From contig OX597834.1 of assembly GCA_951406725.2 (NCBI GenBank), positions 22,010,001-22,074,000 of the forward strand: a stretch of 64,000 nucleotides of DNA, read 5' to 3'. A model generated the notes under the pieces. It saw only the letters and a program-made list of their open reading frames with translations, searched no databases and was not told the DNA's origin. The stretch is from Octopus vulgaris. Taxonomy: Eukaryota. Positions 1 through 14,016 of this stretch are shown piece after piece. Each line of letters begins with the position of its first letter. Within the stretch, counting starts at the first letter, position 1. The translations under genes and the position numbers were made by a program.

Positions 1-863
1 GGTTAAAAGGTTGGGTCACGTTGTGCCATTTTGTGATAGTTATGATTGGCGGCTGCTAAATGCAGGCAGTGTATGGAGCGAGGTGAAAGCGCATTCTTAA
101 ATGAGATAATTAAGAAGAAAAGAAGATTTTGAAGGAAGTATAGGAGTGCTGATGGTACCTGTGGCATTGACTGAACAAAAGTGGAATGGAAGTTGCCGAA
201 TCATAAATATATGTTTATATTTAGTGGGAATTGTTCAAACTGAATGAAGTGAAAATTGCTCGAAATAAATTCTATGACCTCAACTGAAGTGAATGGTGAA
301 TGTTTTTAAAGTTTTATAGATTCTAATATGTGTATGTGTATATATATATATGTGTGTGTGTGTGTGCGTGTAAAATGTGCGTTTATGTGTATGCATACTA
401 GAAGCAAACACACATACAAGCATCTGTGTATGTATGTGCTCTTGTTGCATGGTACATGTGTGTGTGTGTTTGTGTGTGCATATGTACATGTTTAGAAATG
501 CATATGAAATACATTTGCATATATATATATATATATACACACACGCACAGATACACATATATGTATGCATGTATGTATATATATATAATAAAATAATTAT
601 TTGAGGGAATATTGTTCCTAACTTACAGGGAAAAATTCAATTTAGAAATACTAAATCAAGTTTCGCAAAATATAATATATATATAAAAATTAGAAAAAAA
701 TATCTTTTATCAATTCAAAATGAACAATTAAATTACACCATCTAGAAAATTACTTAAATAGAAATATCAAAAATAAAATAACAATAAAATACCGATGATT
801 AAGTACATTGCAAAATAATAATAAAACCTTATATATTTGGTATATATACATATGCATATATGC

Positions 864-907
<44 letters not shown>

Positions 908-1699
908 GGTGTCCATAAATTATCTTTACAACTCCCGCAATGTATTGCATCTATTAAAGATTTAATTTCTGTGCTTTGTCTTAACATTTAAATCCCTTTC
1001 ATTTGTCTTTAAAAGTTTTTTTTTTCATTTTCATTTGGGTTTTTTTCTTCACTTTTTCAAATTGTAACAATAATTTGCAGACAGTGTATAATTACATATA
1101 TTATATGCACACACACACACACACATGTACTCACAACAGCTTACATCATCCATATCTCATCATTTCGTCACATATGATTGTGATACTTCAGGAAGCAAAC
1201 TAATTTTTTTTTTTTTATTTGAAGGGTTTTTGTTTTGTCTTTTTCCTTATTATTTCCTGCAAATATTTTTCGCTAAGAGAACTTTGAAATTTCTTTTGGC
1301 TACTTCCTAATGTTGCTGTCAGTTGCTGTCATCATCATCATCATCATCATCATCATTGCCAACATCGTTGTCATCATCATCATCATTAAACCATTTTGTA
1401 CCTTATATTGCCCGGGAGCATACTGGTGGTGGGGCAAGTCCCTGGGTGCAACAAAGAAATTGTTTATCAGTATTATCAACACAGCTATCATCATCCTCAT
1501 CATCCTCATCCCCACTGCCATCATTATTGTCATCATCTTCAGCATCATCATCATCGTCATCATCATCATCGTCATCATCATCATCATCATCATCATCATG
1601 TCAGCCCAGCCCTATTTGGTTTGATTTTCACCTTTTTAATGCCATCCTTTTCTATTGCTCTTGTGGCAAATAAATAATGTGAGGATTCAGGCTAATGGA

Positions 1700-2099
1700 A
1701 TTCTATAGAGCACTGGACAAAAATACATTGCTGTATTTAGTTATGACCCTTCACATTGTGTGTTCAAATCTCGCCAAGGTCAACTTTGCCTCTCATCTCT
1801 CTGAGAATTGACAACGATGTACCAGTCGAGTTCTGGAACCAATTTAATCAACCAATCCCTTTGCATAATAGCTCTGACCTTGCACTTATGTTAGAAATGT
1901 TATTGGTAGTGGAGTGTTTCAGTTCTTCGTATTCTGAGTTCAAATTCCACAGAGGTCGACTTTGCGTTTCATCCTTTTGGGGTTAATAAATTAAGTACCA
2001 GTTTAGTACTGGGATTGATGTAATCAACTTACCCCTCTCCCAGAATTTCAGGCCTTGTTCCTTTAGTAAAAAGGATTATTATTATTATTATTATTATTA

Positions 2100-2153
<54 letters not shown>

Positions 2154-2625
2154 TATTATTATTATTAAAGGCTGCTAGCTAGCAGAATCATTAGCATGCC
2201 GGGCAAAATGCTTAGCAGTATTTTGTCTGTCTTTACATTCTGAGTTCAAATTCTACTGAGGTCGACTTTGCCTTTCATCCTTTTGGGATCGATAAATTAA
2301 GTACCAGTTGCGTACTGGGGTTGATGTGATCTATTGTTCCCTACCACCACAAAAATTCAGGCCTAGTTCCTGCAGTAGAAAGAATTATTATTATTATTAT
2401 TATTATTAAGGTAGTGTGCTGGCAGAATTGTTAGCACACCGGGCAATATGCTTAGCAGTATTTTATCCGTCCTTATGTTCTGAGTTCAAATTCCACCAGG
2501 GTCGACTTTGCTTTTCATCCTTTCGGGGTTGATAAATTAGGTACCAGTGAATCACTGGGGGTCGATGTAACTGATTCATCCTCTCCCCCGAAAACACTGC
2601 CCTTGTGGCAAAATTTGAAACCATT
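1700..2625 (+). mobile_element. Tandem cluster of four SINE family B copies, the later ones separated by (ATT)n
   Basis: Repeated ttctgagttcaaattcc...gaggtcgactttgcctttcatcctttcggggtcgataaattaagtaccag. Confidence 0.8.
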
Positions 2626-3024
2626 TTCGTTTGTTGTTGTTGTTGCTGTTGTTGTTGTTGCTGCTGCTGTTGTTGTTATTATCATCAGTCACACATGATG
2701 ATTCTTACTTGAAAGGTCAAATTTAAGTGACCTGTCTTTAAATTCTGACCTTAGACTATGTAAGTCACTCACAAGCTTCTTTTGTTGTCTGTTGGTGATC
2801 TCATGATTACCATTGCTTTACATTACTATTGTTGTTGTTGTTGTTGTGATGGTGATGGTGGTGATGGTGGTGGGAGATGGTTAGTAGTAATAGCTGCAGT
2901 TGCAGTAATATGTGCGACAGTGGTTGTGATTGTAGGTAGCGTAGTGGTGTGGTGTGGTGGTGGTGGTGGCGGCGTAGTAGTAGTAGTAGTCCAGCCCCTG
3001 TCCGGCCGGATTTCAAATCCATCC

Positions 3025-3098
<74 letters not shown>

Positions 3099-3236
3099 GC
3101 CCCCTCAGCCCCCTCATCAATGCAAATCATCAACACCTCTGTCTGGGCTTGTCACTGACAGATGATGATATCAGCAATTTGTAAAGGAAGACCAGAGTTT
3201 CCTTGCTGCGATCAGAAAATTGACATTCACAACTTC

Positions 3237-3278
<42 letters not shown>

Positions 3279-4149
3279 ATATATGTGTGTGTGTATGTAT
3301 ATATATGTGTGTATATATATGAATGTATGTATGTGGATTTATGCATGAATATGTATGTGTGAATATATATATATATATATGTATATATATACATATATAT
3401 ATGCATTTATGTATATATATGTATGTATGTATGTATATATATATGTATATATATGTATGTATGTATATATATGTATGTATATGTATGTATGTATATACAT
3501 ATATATATATATATGTATGTATATATATATATATATGTATGTATATACATACATATATGTATGTATATACATATATGTATGTATATATATATATGTATGT
3601 ATGAATATATACATGTATGTATACATATATGTATATATACATATATATGTATATATATTTATATATGTCTATATTTGTATATATCAGTGTGTGTGGGTGA
3701 GAATAGAGAGGAAGAGGGGATTCATTTTGGTTGTAACATTATTATTATTATTATTAATAATAATAATGTTGTAGTAGTAATAGTAGCAGCAGCAGCAGCA
3801 GTAGTAGGTCATCAATTTGTCAGATCTTTCCTCTACACAATGTCGATCCCTCGAGACTTCAAAAGAATCACATTTGCGACTTTCGATTTCTTTTCTTTTC
3901 ATCATTTCAATGGAGCTGAAGCACTTAGGTGCACTCGCACACTTATCACATGTACGCAGACACGCACACACAGATATATGCATATGCATAAATATGTATT
4001 CATACATTCTTACACACACACACATCCAAGCATATGCATGTGACCACATGCATGTATGTATGCACACTTGCACAAACACACTTGCAAGATCAGATATAGG
4101 TACTTTAAAACATGGTCATATCTAAGTATGTGTATGTGTATATATATGA

Positions 4150-4258
<109 letters not shown>

Positions 4259-4323
4259 ATGTTTATATATATATATATATATATTTGTATGTTTATATAT
4301 ATATATATATATATTTGTATGTT

Positions 4324-4397
<74 letters not shown>

Positions 4398-4970
4398 GAT
4401 ATGTGTGTGGTGTGTGTGTGAATCAATAAATTTTAAATATTAGTTTAGATCTAGGACACTTATTCTTTTATTTATTGTATATCAATATATATATATAGAT
4501 AGATATATATGTATACATACATACATACACATAAGCACACACAGATATGCACTCACACATTGTCATACACAAACATACACACACAAATGTACACACACAC
4601 ACACTCACAAATATACACACACACACTCACACACATATATACATATATGCGGAAAAGCTTTACTTTTGAACTCGGTCTATTCAAAAACAAAGCCAACTGT
4701 GCTCTTGTTAAATCCATTTTTATTGAGGTCTTCTTTCATATTTCTGTAGAAGTTTCTGTCAGTCTCTTTGAGCATTCATGGTCTTTTCTTCAAGAAGAAG
4801 TGGTTAGTGTAGGCTTGTGGCTTGTATTACCGCTGCTTTGTTGGACTAGGCTGGGGCCAACAGATTGATATCAGTATTACCACTGAAATCATTGAAAATC
4901 GTTATCATTGAAGAAGTCAGATATATTTTATAAATATCCACGTGTCTATATCTATCTGTCCATCTGTTAA

Positions 4971-5014
<44 letters not shown>

Positions 5015-5021
5015 TATACAT

Positions 5022-5201
5022 GATAGATCGTTAGCCACTACACACATTTTTTTCTCTCCTTGTTTTTTCTGTGTCCCTTTCTGTAGAAGAGCGTAGGCTC
5101 GAAACGTAAAAGACTTTTTCTATTCCTGAGTGTTATACTAATACATCTGTTTGTTTTGTACACCACCTGTCTTCATCTTTTGTTTTTTCGTAAACTCTCC
5201 C
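5022..5201 (+). mobile_element. Probable Penelope-like pLTR fragment with minimal hammerhead-like motif, between (TA)n tracts
   Basis: cttt-CTGTAGAA-gagc gtag gctc-GAAAC-GTA-aaag at 5077-5112; flanked by TA microsatellites. Confidence 0.45.
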
Positions 5202-5213
5202 TATATATATATA

Positions 5214-5263
<50 letters not shown>

Positions 5264-5792
5264 CATATGTATATACATATATATATGTGTGTGTGTGTTT
5301 ATTTCCCTCTATCCCCTCTACACTTCTTATATTCACCCCCTCTGTATCCTGTAGATAATTCCTAATACATCTCCAATACTAACCTATTTCTCTCTCTCTC
5401 TCTCTATTTATCTCTCTCTCTCACTGTGTCTCTATCTTTCTCTCTAACTCTATCTCTTCTTCCTCTCCTTTCTTTTCCTACTGGGGTAGCCACATACCTC
5501 CTCTATAGTAAGGCACTTATCTCTGTCCCTCTATTATACTTTAACCTATCAACTGGCACCACTCCCTTAGTGCCACTCACTCTCCCAGCCAAGGGGTCAC
5601 ATAAAAAGCACCCAGTACACTCTGTAAAGGGGTTGGCTTTAGGAAGGGCATCAGCCAAAGAAACTATGCCAAATCAGGCAGCGGAGCCTGGTTCAATTCT
5701 CTAGCTTGCCACCTCCTCTCGACCCTTCCAACCCATACCAGTACCATAAACAGACATAAAATGATTATGATATATATATATATATATATATA

Positions 5793-5826
<34 letters not shown>

Positions 5827-6223
5827 GTGGATAGATAGATAGATAGACAGCCAGATACACAGATAGATAGACACACACACACATACGATGGGATTCTTTC
5901 AGTTTCCATCTACCAATCCATTGAGAAGGCTTAGGTTGGCCTGTGGTTATAGTAGAAGACACTTTCCACAAGCTGCCACGTAATGGGACTGAACTTGGAA
6001 CCATGTGGTTGGGAAGTGGTCTTCTTACCATACAGCCATGCCTGTATCTGTCTGTTAAGATCAAAACAGCCAGACACGTCTGAGTTTCGTTTTGCTTTCT
6101 TTTACATCTCAATTTAAAGTTTGTTTCAATGCCTTCAGTATTTGAATATAAAAGAAAAAAAATGTCCTTTCCATCCTTATTTTATGTAAGATCCTTTACC
6201 GTCATTTAAGTCAAGCTGAAGAC

Positions 6224-6635
6224 TTACTCTTTTACTTGTTTCGGTCATTTGACTGCGGCCATGCTGGAGCACCGCCTTTAGTCGAGCAAATCGACCCCGG
6301 GACTTATTCTTTGTAAGCCCAGTACTTATTCTATCGGTCTCTTTTGCCGAACCGCTAAGTGACGGGGACGTAAACACACCAGCATCAGTTGTCAAGCAAT
6401 GCTAGGGGGACAAACACAGACACACAAACATACACACACACACATACACATATATATACATACATACACACGACGGGCTTCTTTCGGTTTCCGTCTACCA
6501 AATCCACTCACAAGGCTTTGGTCGGCCCGAGGCTATAGTAGAAGACACTTGCCCAAGATGCCACGCAGTGGGACTGAACCCCGAACCATGTGGTTGGTAA
6601 CAAAGCTACTTACCACACAGCCACTCCTGCGCCTA
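6224..6635 (-). mobile_element. tRNA-derived SINE family A, full length
   Basis: Head taggcgcaggagtggctgtgtggtaag (A box), ggttcagtccc (B box), internal (TA)/(TG) tract, tail aaatgactgaaacaagtaaaaga; several near-identical copies. Confidence 0.85.
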
Positions 6636-7262
6636 TTGTAATCGCAACTAAAATCACCGAAAATGCTTCATAATATTTTTCAAAAACATTTTCATTAGCC
6701 AGTGTGTTCTTCGTTAAGAAATTTGATTAGGGAAATGTTAAAGCAGTTCATATTAATTTTCATCTTCCGTCTTTCCTCTTTAACATTCATTAAATCTTGC
6801 TCCTTGTTCTCTCCCATTTACCATTTTCCAAATGCTACAGGCTGCTTTCTTCAAAGTCCTGCTTTGTATTTTAGTACAAACTTTTCTCCCTAGTTCCTAT
6901 ATATATTTATGTTTATTTATATACACACACATATATATACTGTTTTTTTTTGTGTTTTTGTTTTTTGACTGGAAGTTGAGGAAATGTTGATGGTCTGATA
7001 AGCTGTTCTTTATTGTTGTTGTTGTTGTTGTTGTTAACATATCACTGTCATTGGTTGTTGTTTTTGTTTGATTTGTTTGTTTTTTTGTTGTTGTTGTTGC
7101 TATTGTTGTTCCTGTGGTTGTTCAACCCACACTAAGTGTTAATTGTTACATCAGCTAAGCTCTCGAAATGCGTTTGGAGTACTTAGCAGCTAGCACCGCA
7201 TACATCCACAAACACACACACATACACACACAGCTGACCAACATGAAGTCAACAACCAGGAT

Positions 7263-7307
<45 letters not shown>

Positions 7308-7484
7308 TATACACACATACACACACACAGATATATACACTTAGGTTAATTTCGTTTTTCATTTCAGTTTCTTTTACAATCTACACACATTTTTTCTGTT
7401 TTTGCTTTTTCTGATAATTAGTGCTGCTCAATGTGATGATGCAGTATTTCTTAGCACACCGTATATATACATACTAAACACAAA

Positions 7485-7520
<36 letters not shown>

Positions 7521-7538
7521 TACACATACATAGAAAAT

Positions 7539-7662
7539 ATGGAGACTTACCATAATAATGGACCTTATAATATCATGATGTCTTCCTTCGAAAAGGACAT
7601 TTTTGGATCCAATGAAGAATTGACTAATTTGTATCTTTCTTCTCTCCAAGTTCCAAATAATG
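7539..7662 (+). CDS. Candidate alternative first coding exon of the navigator gene (METYHNNGPYNIMMSSFEKDIFGSNEELTNLYLSSLQVPNN-G)
   Basis: aaatATGg start context, 41 stop-free codons in unique sequence, then AATG|GTAGGG donor in phase 1, matching the phase-1 acceptor at 16178 (G+GT gives Gly). Confidence 0.5.
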
Positions 7663-7899
7663 GTAGGGGCCATTTTGTTTGTTGATTGAATTTCTTACTT
7701 TACTTTCTTTCTTTTTTTTTTTTTTTATAATTATTCTCAACGCATCCCTTCGTTTAGTCTTTAAATATTCTTATTTCTAGCTTTCTTTGAGTATCCCAGA
7801 CTTATACAGAATTATTATGGTGCTGGTGATATTATTACATGTGATGATTTTATGATTATTATTATTATTATTATTATTATTATTGTTATTATTATTATT

Positions 7900-8300
7900 A
7901 AGGCAGAAAGCTGGCAGAATCGTTAGCATGCCAGGAAAAATACTTAGCGGTATTTCGTCTGCCGTTATGATATGAGTTCAAATTCCACCGAGGTCGACTT
8001 TGCCTTTCATCCTTTCGGGGTCGATAAATTAAGTACCAGTTTCACACTGGGGTCGATATAATCAGCTTAATCCGTTTGTCTGTCCTTGTTTGTCCTCTCT
8101 GTCTTGTGGCTCTTGTGGGTAGTAAAGAAATAGGTATTTCGTCTGTCTTTACGTTCTAAGTTCAAATTCTACCAAGGTCGACTTTGCCTTTCATCCTTTC
8201 GGGGTCAATAAAATAGATTCCAGTTGAACACTGGGGTCATTGTAATCAACTTGACCCTTCCGTAAACTTTCAGACCCTGTACCTATAGCAGAGAGCACTA
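7900..8300 (+). mobile_element. SINE family B dimer
   Basis: Two consecutive cores, flanked by (ATT)n. Confidence 0.8.
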
Positions 8301-8320
8301 TCATTATTATTATTATTATT

Positions 8321-8872
8321 GAGTGAGAGAGTAGTGCATGCCATCAAAGTGACACTGGGGTAAAATTTACAAAACCCAGTATACCCATCATAACTACCTG
8401 TCTGATAAGGGTACACCAGGCACATGCATCACAACCATATGTTCGCAACAGGGTGATCTCATATCAAGATAAACAGCAAATGACCTTGCAGGTGGGACCC
8501 ACTAAGAATTTTCTTCAGTTAAGTAACCCATCCCACTCAAAAGGCCCCTGAACAAGGGTTGTTTAAGAATCTTGAACGAAACACCCATGTTTTCAGATGT
8601 GAATTATTCAAACCCAAAGAATCCCTCACAACACACAGCTATGATGCTCCCCCACTACTTCTGCTCGTGATCAGAGATGCACGTATCATCAGCCACTAAG
8701 GGACATGGTCAACTGGTTACGGTCAAACAACTGACAAGCAAATCTGCGGTATTGAGCAGAATATTTGCTGTAGGCCATCTTTTATACCAAGACAAAACAA
8801 TGTACATGATAACACTTCTAATCAGTTAAGATCAGAAGTCATGAGAGCCACTGCCTGGTACTGCGCCAGAAC

Positions 8873-8875
<3 letters not shown>
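8321..8875 (+). mobile_element. About 550-bp interspersed element bounded by (ATT)n on both sides; fragments at 9190-9300 and 15316-15370
   Basis: tgcatgccatcaaagtgacac...ggggtaaaat..acaaa.cccagtatacccatc recurs at 15316; the 3' end recurs inverted at 9190-9240. Confidence 0.6.
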
Positions 8876-8933
<58 letters not shown>

Positions 8934-8975
8934 ACTATAATTATTATTATTATTATTATTATTAATTTTATTATA

Positions 8976-9011
<36 letters not shown>

Positions 9012-9026
9012 ATTTTATTATTATAA

Positions 9027-9085
<59 letters not shown>

Positions 9086-10101
9086 TTATCATTATTTACA
9101 TTAGCATCTTCTTGCTGAGTGTCTTCCTGACATTCACAGCAGGAAAATAGAATCAGAATTGAAAGAAGAGGCTAATTAAAGTAATAATAATAAATGCCCT
9201 GGTGCAGTACCAGACACTGGCCCTCATGGCTTCTGATCTTTTACCTATGACAAAACATGTACATGTGAACACCGCCAATCAGTTAAGACCAGAAGCCAGC
9301 TTCATACATTCACTGCTCCAGCTGAACACAATTCTGTGTTCCTCGTCTACATGTGGTGTTTGCTTTGTTTTGTGTTTTTCTTTTTGCACAATTTTTTTTA
9401 TTCATCAAATTTTTTTCTTTCCCTTTTTTTACAGTCATGTTAAAAATATTCTGCTCTATGCTTATGCCATGGTTGTTAGTACCATTTCTAGTGTGTTGTG
9501 TTTACATCCTGGAGGTTTTGGTTACACACACACACACACACACATACACACACACACATGTTTGTCTGTCTACATCTCTCTTTATCATACCCTTGCCACC
9601 AGTTATGATGAGGAGAGGGTTGGTCTTGTTTTTAATCTGCATAATTTGGCTATCTCAGTTTCCAGATCTATATATTTACATAGGGTAGTTTTTTTCTGTT
9701 TCTTTCATATGTATTCAAACATCTCTGTAAGTATGTGTGTGTGTTTACTGGAATTTCTATATTGATTAGCAAACATTTCCTTTCCTGATGGTCTTTGATA
9801 ATGATATCTGGTCAATTTTCTTTAATCTTCCAGTCTGTAAGAATTGGCATGCATTCCACACTGCTGGCATAATTTCCATTGTATATAAAAGTTTCAACTC
9901 CAGCATACCTATACACACACACACATATCATTCAGTGTATCTTATTCAACAGGGTTATGCTACTGAAAGTTACAAAACAACGGTATTCATCTTGACAAAG
10001 TTTCTTATATAAAGACGTAGAACAGTATATATATATATATATATAAACATTTAAATATACATACATATATATTTATATATATATACATATACAGAGAGAG
10101 A

Positions 10102-10300
10102 GGCATCCGGTGGTCTCAAGAGAGCTAAAATCTGAGCCTGTAGAATTTGCATCAGTTGGTGAGGTGATGGTGGTGCAACATCTTCTGTAGAGAGGCCCAC
10201 ATGGGAGTAGCAGTCTTGCATGCAGTGACTGCAGTTGAAGAAATTCTTCCCTGGTGCCACTGAGTTTTCCGTTCTTCAAGCATGCTTTTCTTTGATGGCA
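10102..10300 (-). mobile_element. Degenerate RTE-like LINE 3' end
   Basis: FNCSHCMQDCYSHVGL zinc-finger-like terminus and gagaccaccggatgcc end. Confidence 0.5.
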
Positions 10301-11738
10301 GGTTTCAGTCTCTCTTCTCTCTCTCTCGCTCCATCCCCTTACATAGAATCTGTCTCCAGTGCAGACAATCATTTGCGAATACAAATATTGATAATAATGC
10401 AAGTATTTGTGAATTCATAATAATTATGTACTTTTAGATCATCTGCCATACGTACATCATGAGGAATCATCTCAAAATAACTTGTTTATGTGAGCTTCTC
10501 ATTTAGAATATAACTTTTACATGCAGGCAATTGATAGATGGAATACAAAAATGACTCAGCTAGGATTATAATCCCTTCTGTATACAACATATATATATAT
10601 ACACTTTAAGATATTTACAGATATATATATATCCAGAAAAATCTTTTTTTGCTAGTTTATTTTGTCTCTCTGTCTTCTCTCCTAGCGCTTTTTCGAATCC
10701 CTGTAAAAAAAACTCAGAAGGCTGGGGCCCCCATCAGGCCTTTCACAATACCCTTAAAGTTAGGAACTTTTCAACACCCTCTTGTGGTTTTTCGTGGTCT
10801 AAAAAAGGCAAAGTAGATAATCTTGATCAAGCTTACAATCCCGTGGAAAGAAGGGGGTAGCCTGGCCTTTAAATGGTAGTGTAGCTCGTACAAGAGCTTT
10901 CTGCAGGATTGACTAAAGAAGGGATGTTTCAGCCACTTGGCTGCAGTGATGCTGGGGCCCTGCCTTGTGGAGTTTACTCAAACAAATCAACCCGAGTACT
11001 TTTTTTTTTTTTTCTGAGTATAGTACTAATTCTATCAGTCTCTTTTGCTGAACTGCTAATTTCCAGGGATGCAAACAAACCAACATCGGTTGTCAAACAG
11101 TGGGAAAGAACAAACACAAGGAGACACACACACATACATATATACACACATGACCAGTAGTTTTCCATCTACCAAATCCATTCACAAGGCATTTGTTGGC
11201 CCAAGGCTATAGTAAAAGACAATTGCCCAGTGTGCTGTGCAGTGGGATCGAACCCTAAAACTGTGTGTCTACAAAGCAAGCTTTTTAACCACACACCCAT
11301 GCCTGTCATTTCTTTAACCTTTTTTGATGTTTTGAAAATTCTTTCCAAATTGGTTTTAGTCTTTGATGGGCAACCATACTGTAGTACTCTCTTCTGAGCC
11401 AGCAGTTCCCAAAATGACAAACACCAATCCCCCACGACCATCACCACCAAAGACACATTCAGGAAATCTGCAGGTGATCATTACCCAATTCTTTCTTAAA
11501 GAGACACCTAATTAGATTTTACATTATTATAGTCCTTCCTTTTCCATCGTCGTGTTTGTCAATTTTAAAAAGAAACCTTCTGAATTTTATAAGATTTAGT
11601 CCGACCCATGCCGGCATGGAATAACGGACGTTGGAAGAGGATGAGGATGATGATGATGATGATGATGATTTACAATATGTCTGCCTCTTTTTCAATCCTT
11701 ACTTCACCACCTTCAATGCACTTATTATTTTATCACCA

Positions 11739-12141
11739 TAGGCGTAGGAGTGGCTGTGTGGTAAGTAGCTTGCTTACCAGCCACATGGTTCTGAGTTCAG
11801 TCCCACTGTGTGGCACCTTGGGCAAGTGTCTTCTACTGTAGCCTCGGGCCAACCAAAGCCTTGTGAGTGGATTTGGTAGATGGAAACTGAAAGAAGCCTG
11901 TCGTATATATGTATATATATATATATGCGTGTGTGTATGTTTGTGTGTCTGTGTTTGTCCCCCTAGCATTGCTTGACAACCGATGCTGGTGTGTTTATGC
12001 CTCCATCACTTAGTGGTTCAGCAAAAGAGACTGATAGAATAAGTACAGGGCTTACAAAGAATAAGTCCTGGGGTCGATTTGCTCGACTAAAGGCGGTGCT
12101 CCAGCATGGCCGCAGTCAAATGACTGAAACAAGTAAAAGAG
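11739..12141 (+). mobile_element. SINE family A, full length
   Basis: Same head and tail as 6224-6635. Confidence 0.85.
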
Positions 12142-12145
12142 TATA

Positions 12146-12519
12146 TCTCTCTCTATATAAACGGCAGTTTGTCTGTGCGTGTTTCTGTGTGTCTGTTTGC
12201 TTGTACCCTCACCCTGACCACGGCTTTCAACCGATTCTGATAAAACTTGACACACATAGCCCAATGTCATAATTCAAAACTAACGCAGCGAAAATTTTGA
12301 AAAGTTCCCCCAGTTCTGAAAAAAATCGATAAATTCGACGTGGGGTCCAGAATCAGAAACACAAACTGTCTAGGGGACGCAACTCCACCTTTTTTAACTA
12401 AAAAAAAAATTTACCATCATTTTTTTCCATTTTTTTGCTATTTTTTGGCTATAACTCTCTAAAAATGCTTTATAGTTATTTCCCTTACAAACCTGAGCAA
12501 CGCCGGGCGATACTGCTAG
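12146..12519 (+). mobile_element. Non-autonomous Helitron
   Basis: 5' TC, 3' CTAG, inserted between A and T, GC-rich subterminal hairpin cctgagcaacgccggg at 12492-12507. A similar 5' end occurs near 44980. Confidence 0.75.
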
Positions 12520-12929
12520 TCAACCTCTAAATGATCATTGTCCAACCGGACACAGTGCTATATTTAGCTGTTGCATGTAAAAACAGTGTCTCTTCACGCT
12601 CTGTGTTATACGGGAGGTTCCTTTCTTCTCTTTTTCTTTTCCTTTTTCTCTTTTTTCTAGTCGAAGTCAGAAGTTTAAAAATTTTTAATGAAATACTTAA
12701 ATGAAAACTTCTTTTTAAAGTGCAAATAGAAACTTTTTACTTTCCTTTTCATTGCATTTACAAAAGCTAAAACTTAACCAGTCCTGGTGTCATTAGATGT
12801 GTGTAAAATGTTACACACACACACATACATCTATATATATATATATATATACATATATATGACGGGCTTCTTTCAGCTTCCGTCTATCAAATCCACTCAC
12901 AAGACTTTGGTCGGCCCAAGGCCGCAGTA

Positions 12930-12977
<48 letters not shown>

Positions 12978-13059
12978 TTTAATTCTGTCCCACCTAGAAC
13001 AAATTATAGAAAGAGAGATGGTAAGGAGGAAAACAAAACAAATTAGCAGTAGTAGTAGC

Positions 13060-13103
<44 letters not shown>

Positions 13104-13233
13104 CAGCAGCAGCAGCAGCAGCATGATCAAGATAGAATTATATTCTGTTTTTCAGACACTCAAAAGTGTTACAAAATGTGTTGATATCTGTCTCTCCTTC
13201 TCTCTCTCTCTCTCCCCCTTTATATATATATAT

Positions 13234-13298
<65 letters not shown>

Positions 13299-13755
13299 TA
13301 CATAATTTTATGTATATGCGTGTGTACATGTGTGTCTTATGTCATGCGTATGTGTGTCTATAGATCATTCTTAACCTTTTACACACATCCACATAAACAC
13401 GCATATACACGCATAAAACAGACCTACACATAAATATATCGACATACATAAAATTTTGGAAACACCTATCACTATTTTTATTGATTACATTCTGTCTGAT
13501 GTTTTATCAGTTTACACACACACACACACACGTATGCACATATTTATATGCTCAAAAACGCATTCTGAATAAGTGTTTGCACTCGTGTTGTTTATATATG
13601 TTTATACACCTACACACACACACACATTTATATATACATACATGTATATATATATATACATGCATGCACTTATATATGTATTTTATATATATATATGTAT
13701 ATATACATATATATTACATATTTTTTACCCTTATTATTTAAATTTATGTATGTAG

Positions 13756-13807
<52 letters not shown>

Positions 13808-13965
13808 TGAGATATTCATATATGGTTATCAATGCACATATATACTTACATGCATATGTTGTATAAACACACGCATATATATACACACACACACACATAC
13901 TAACATATACATATATACACACAATTAAACATACATGTGTGTGTGTGTGTGCATGTATATATGTA

Positions 13966-14016
<51 letters not shown>

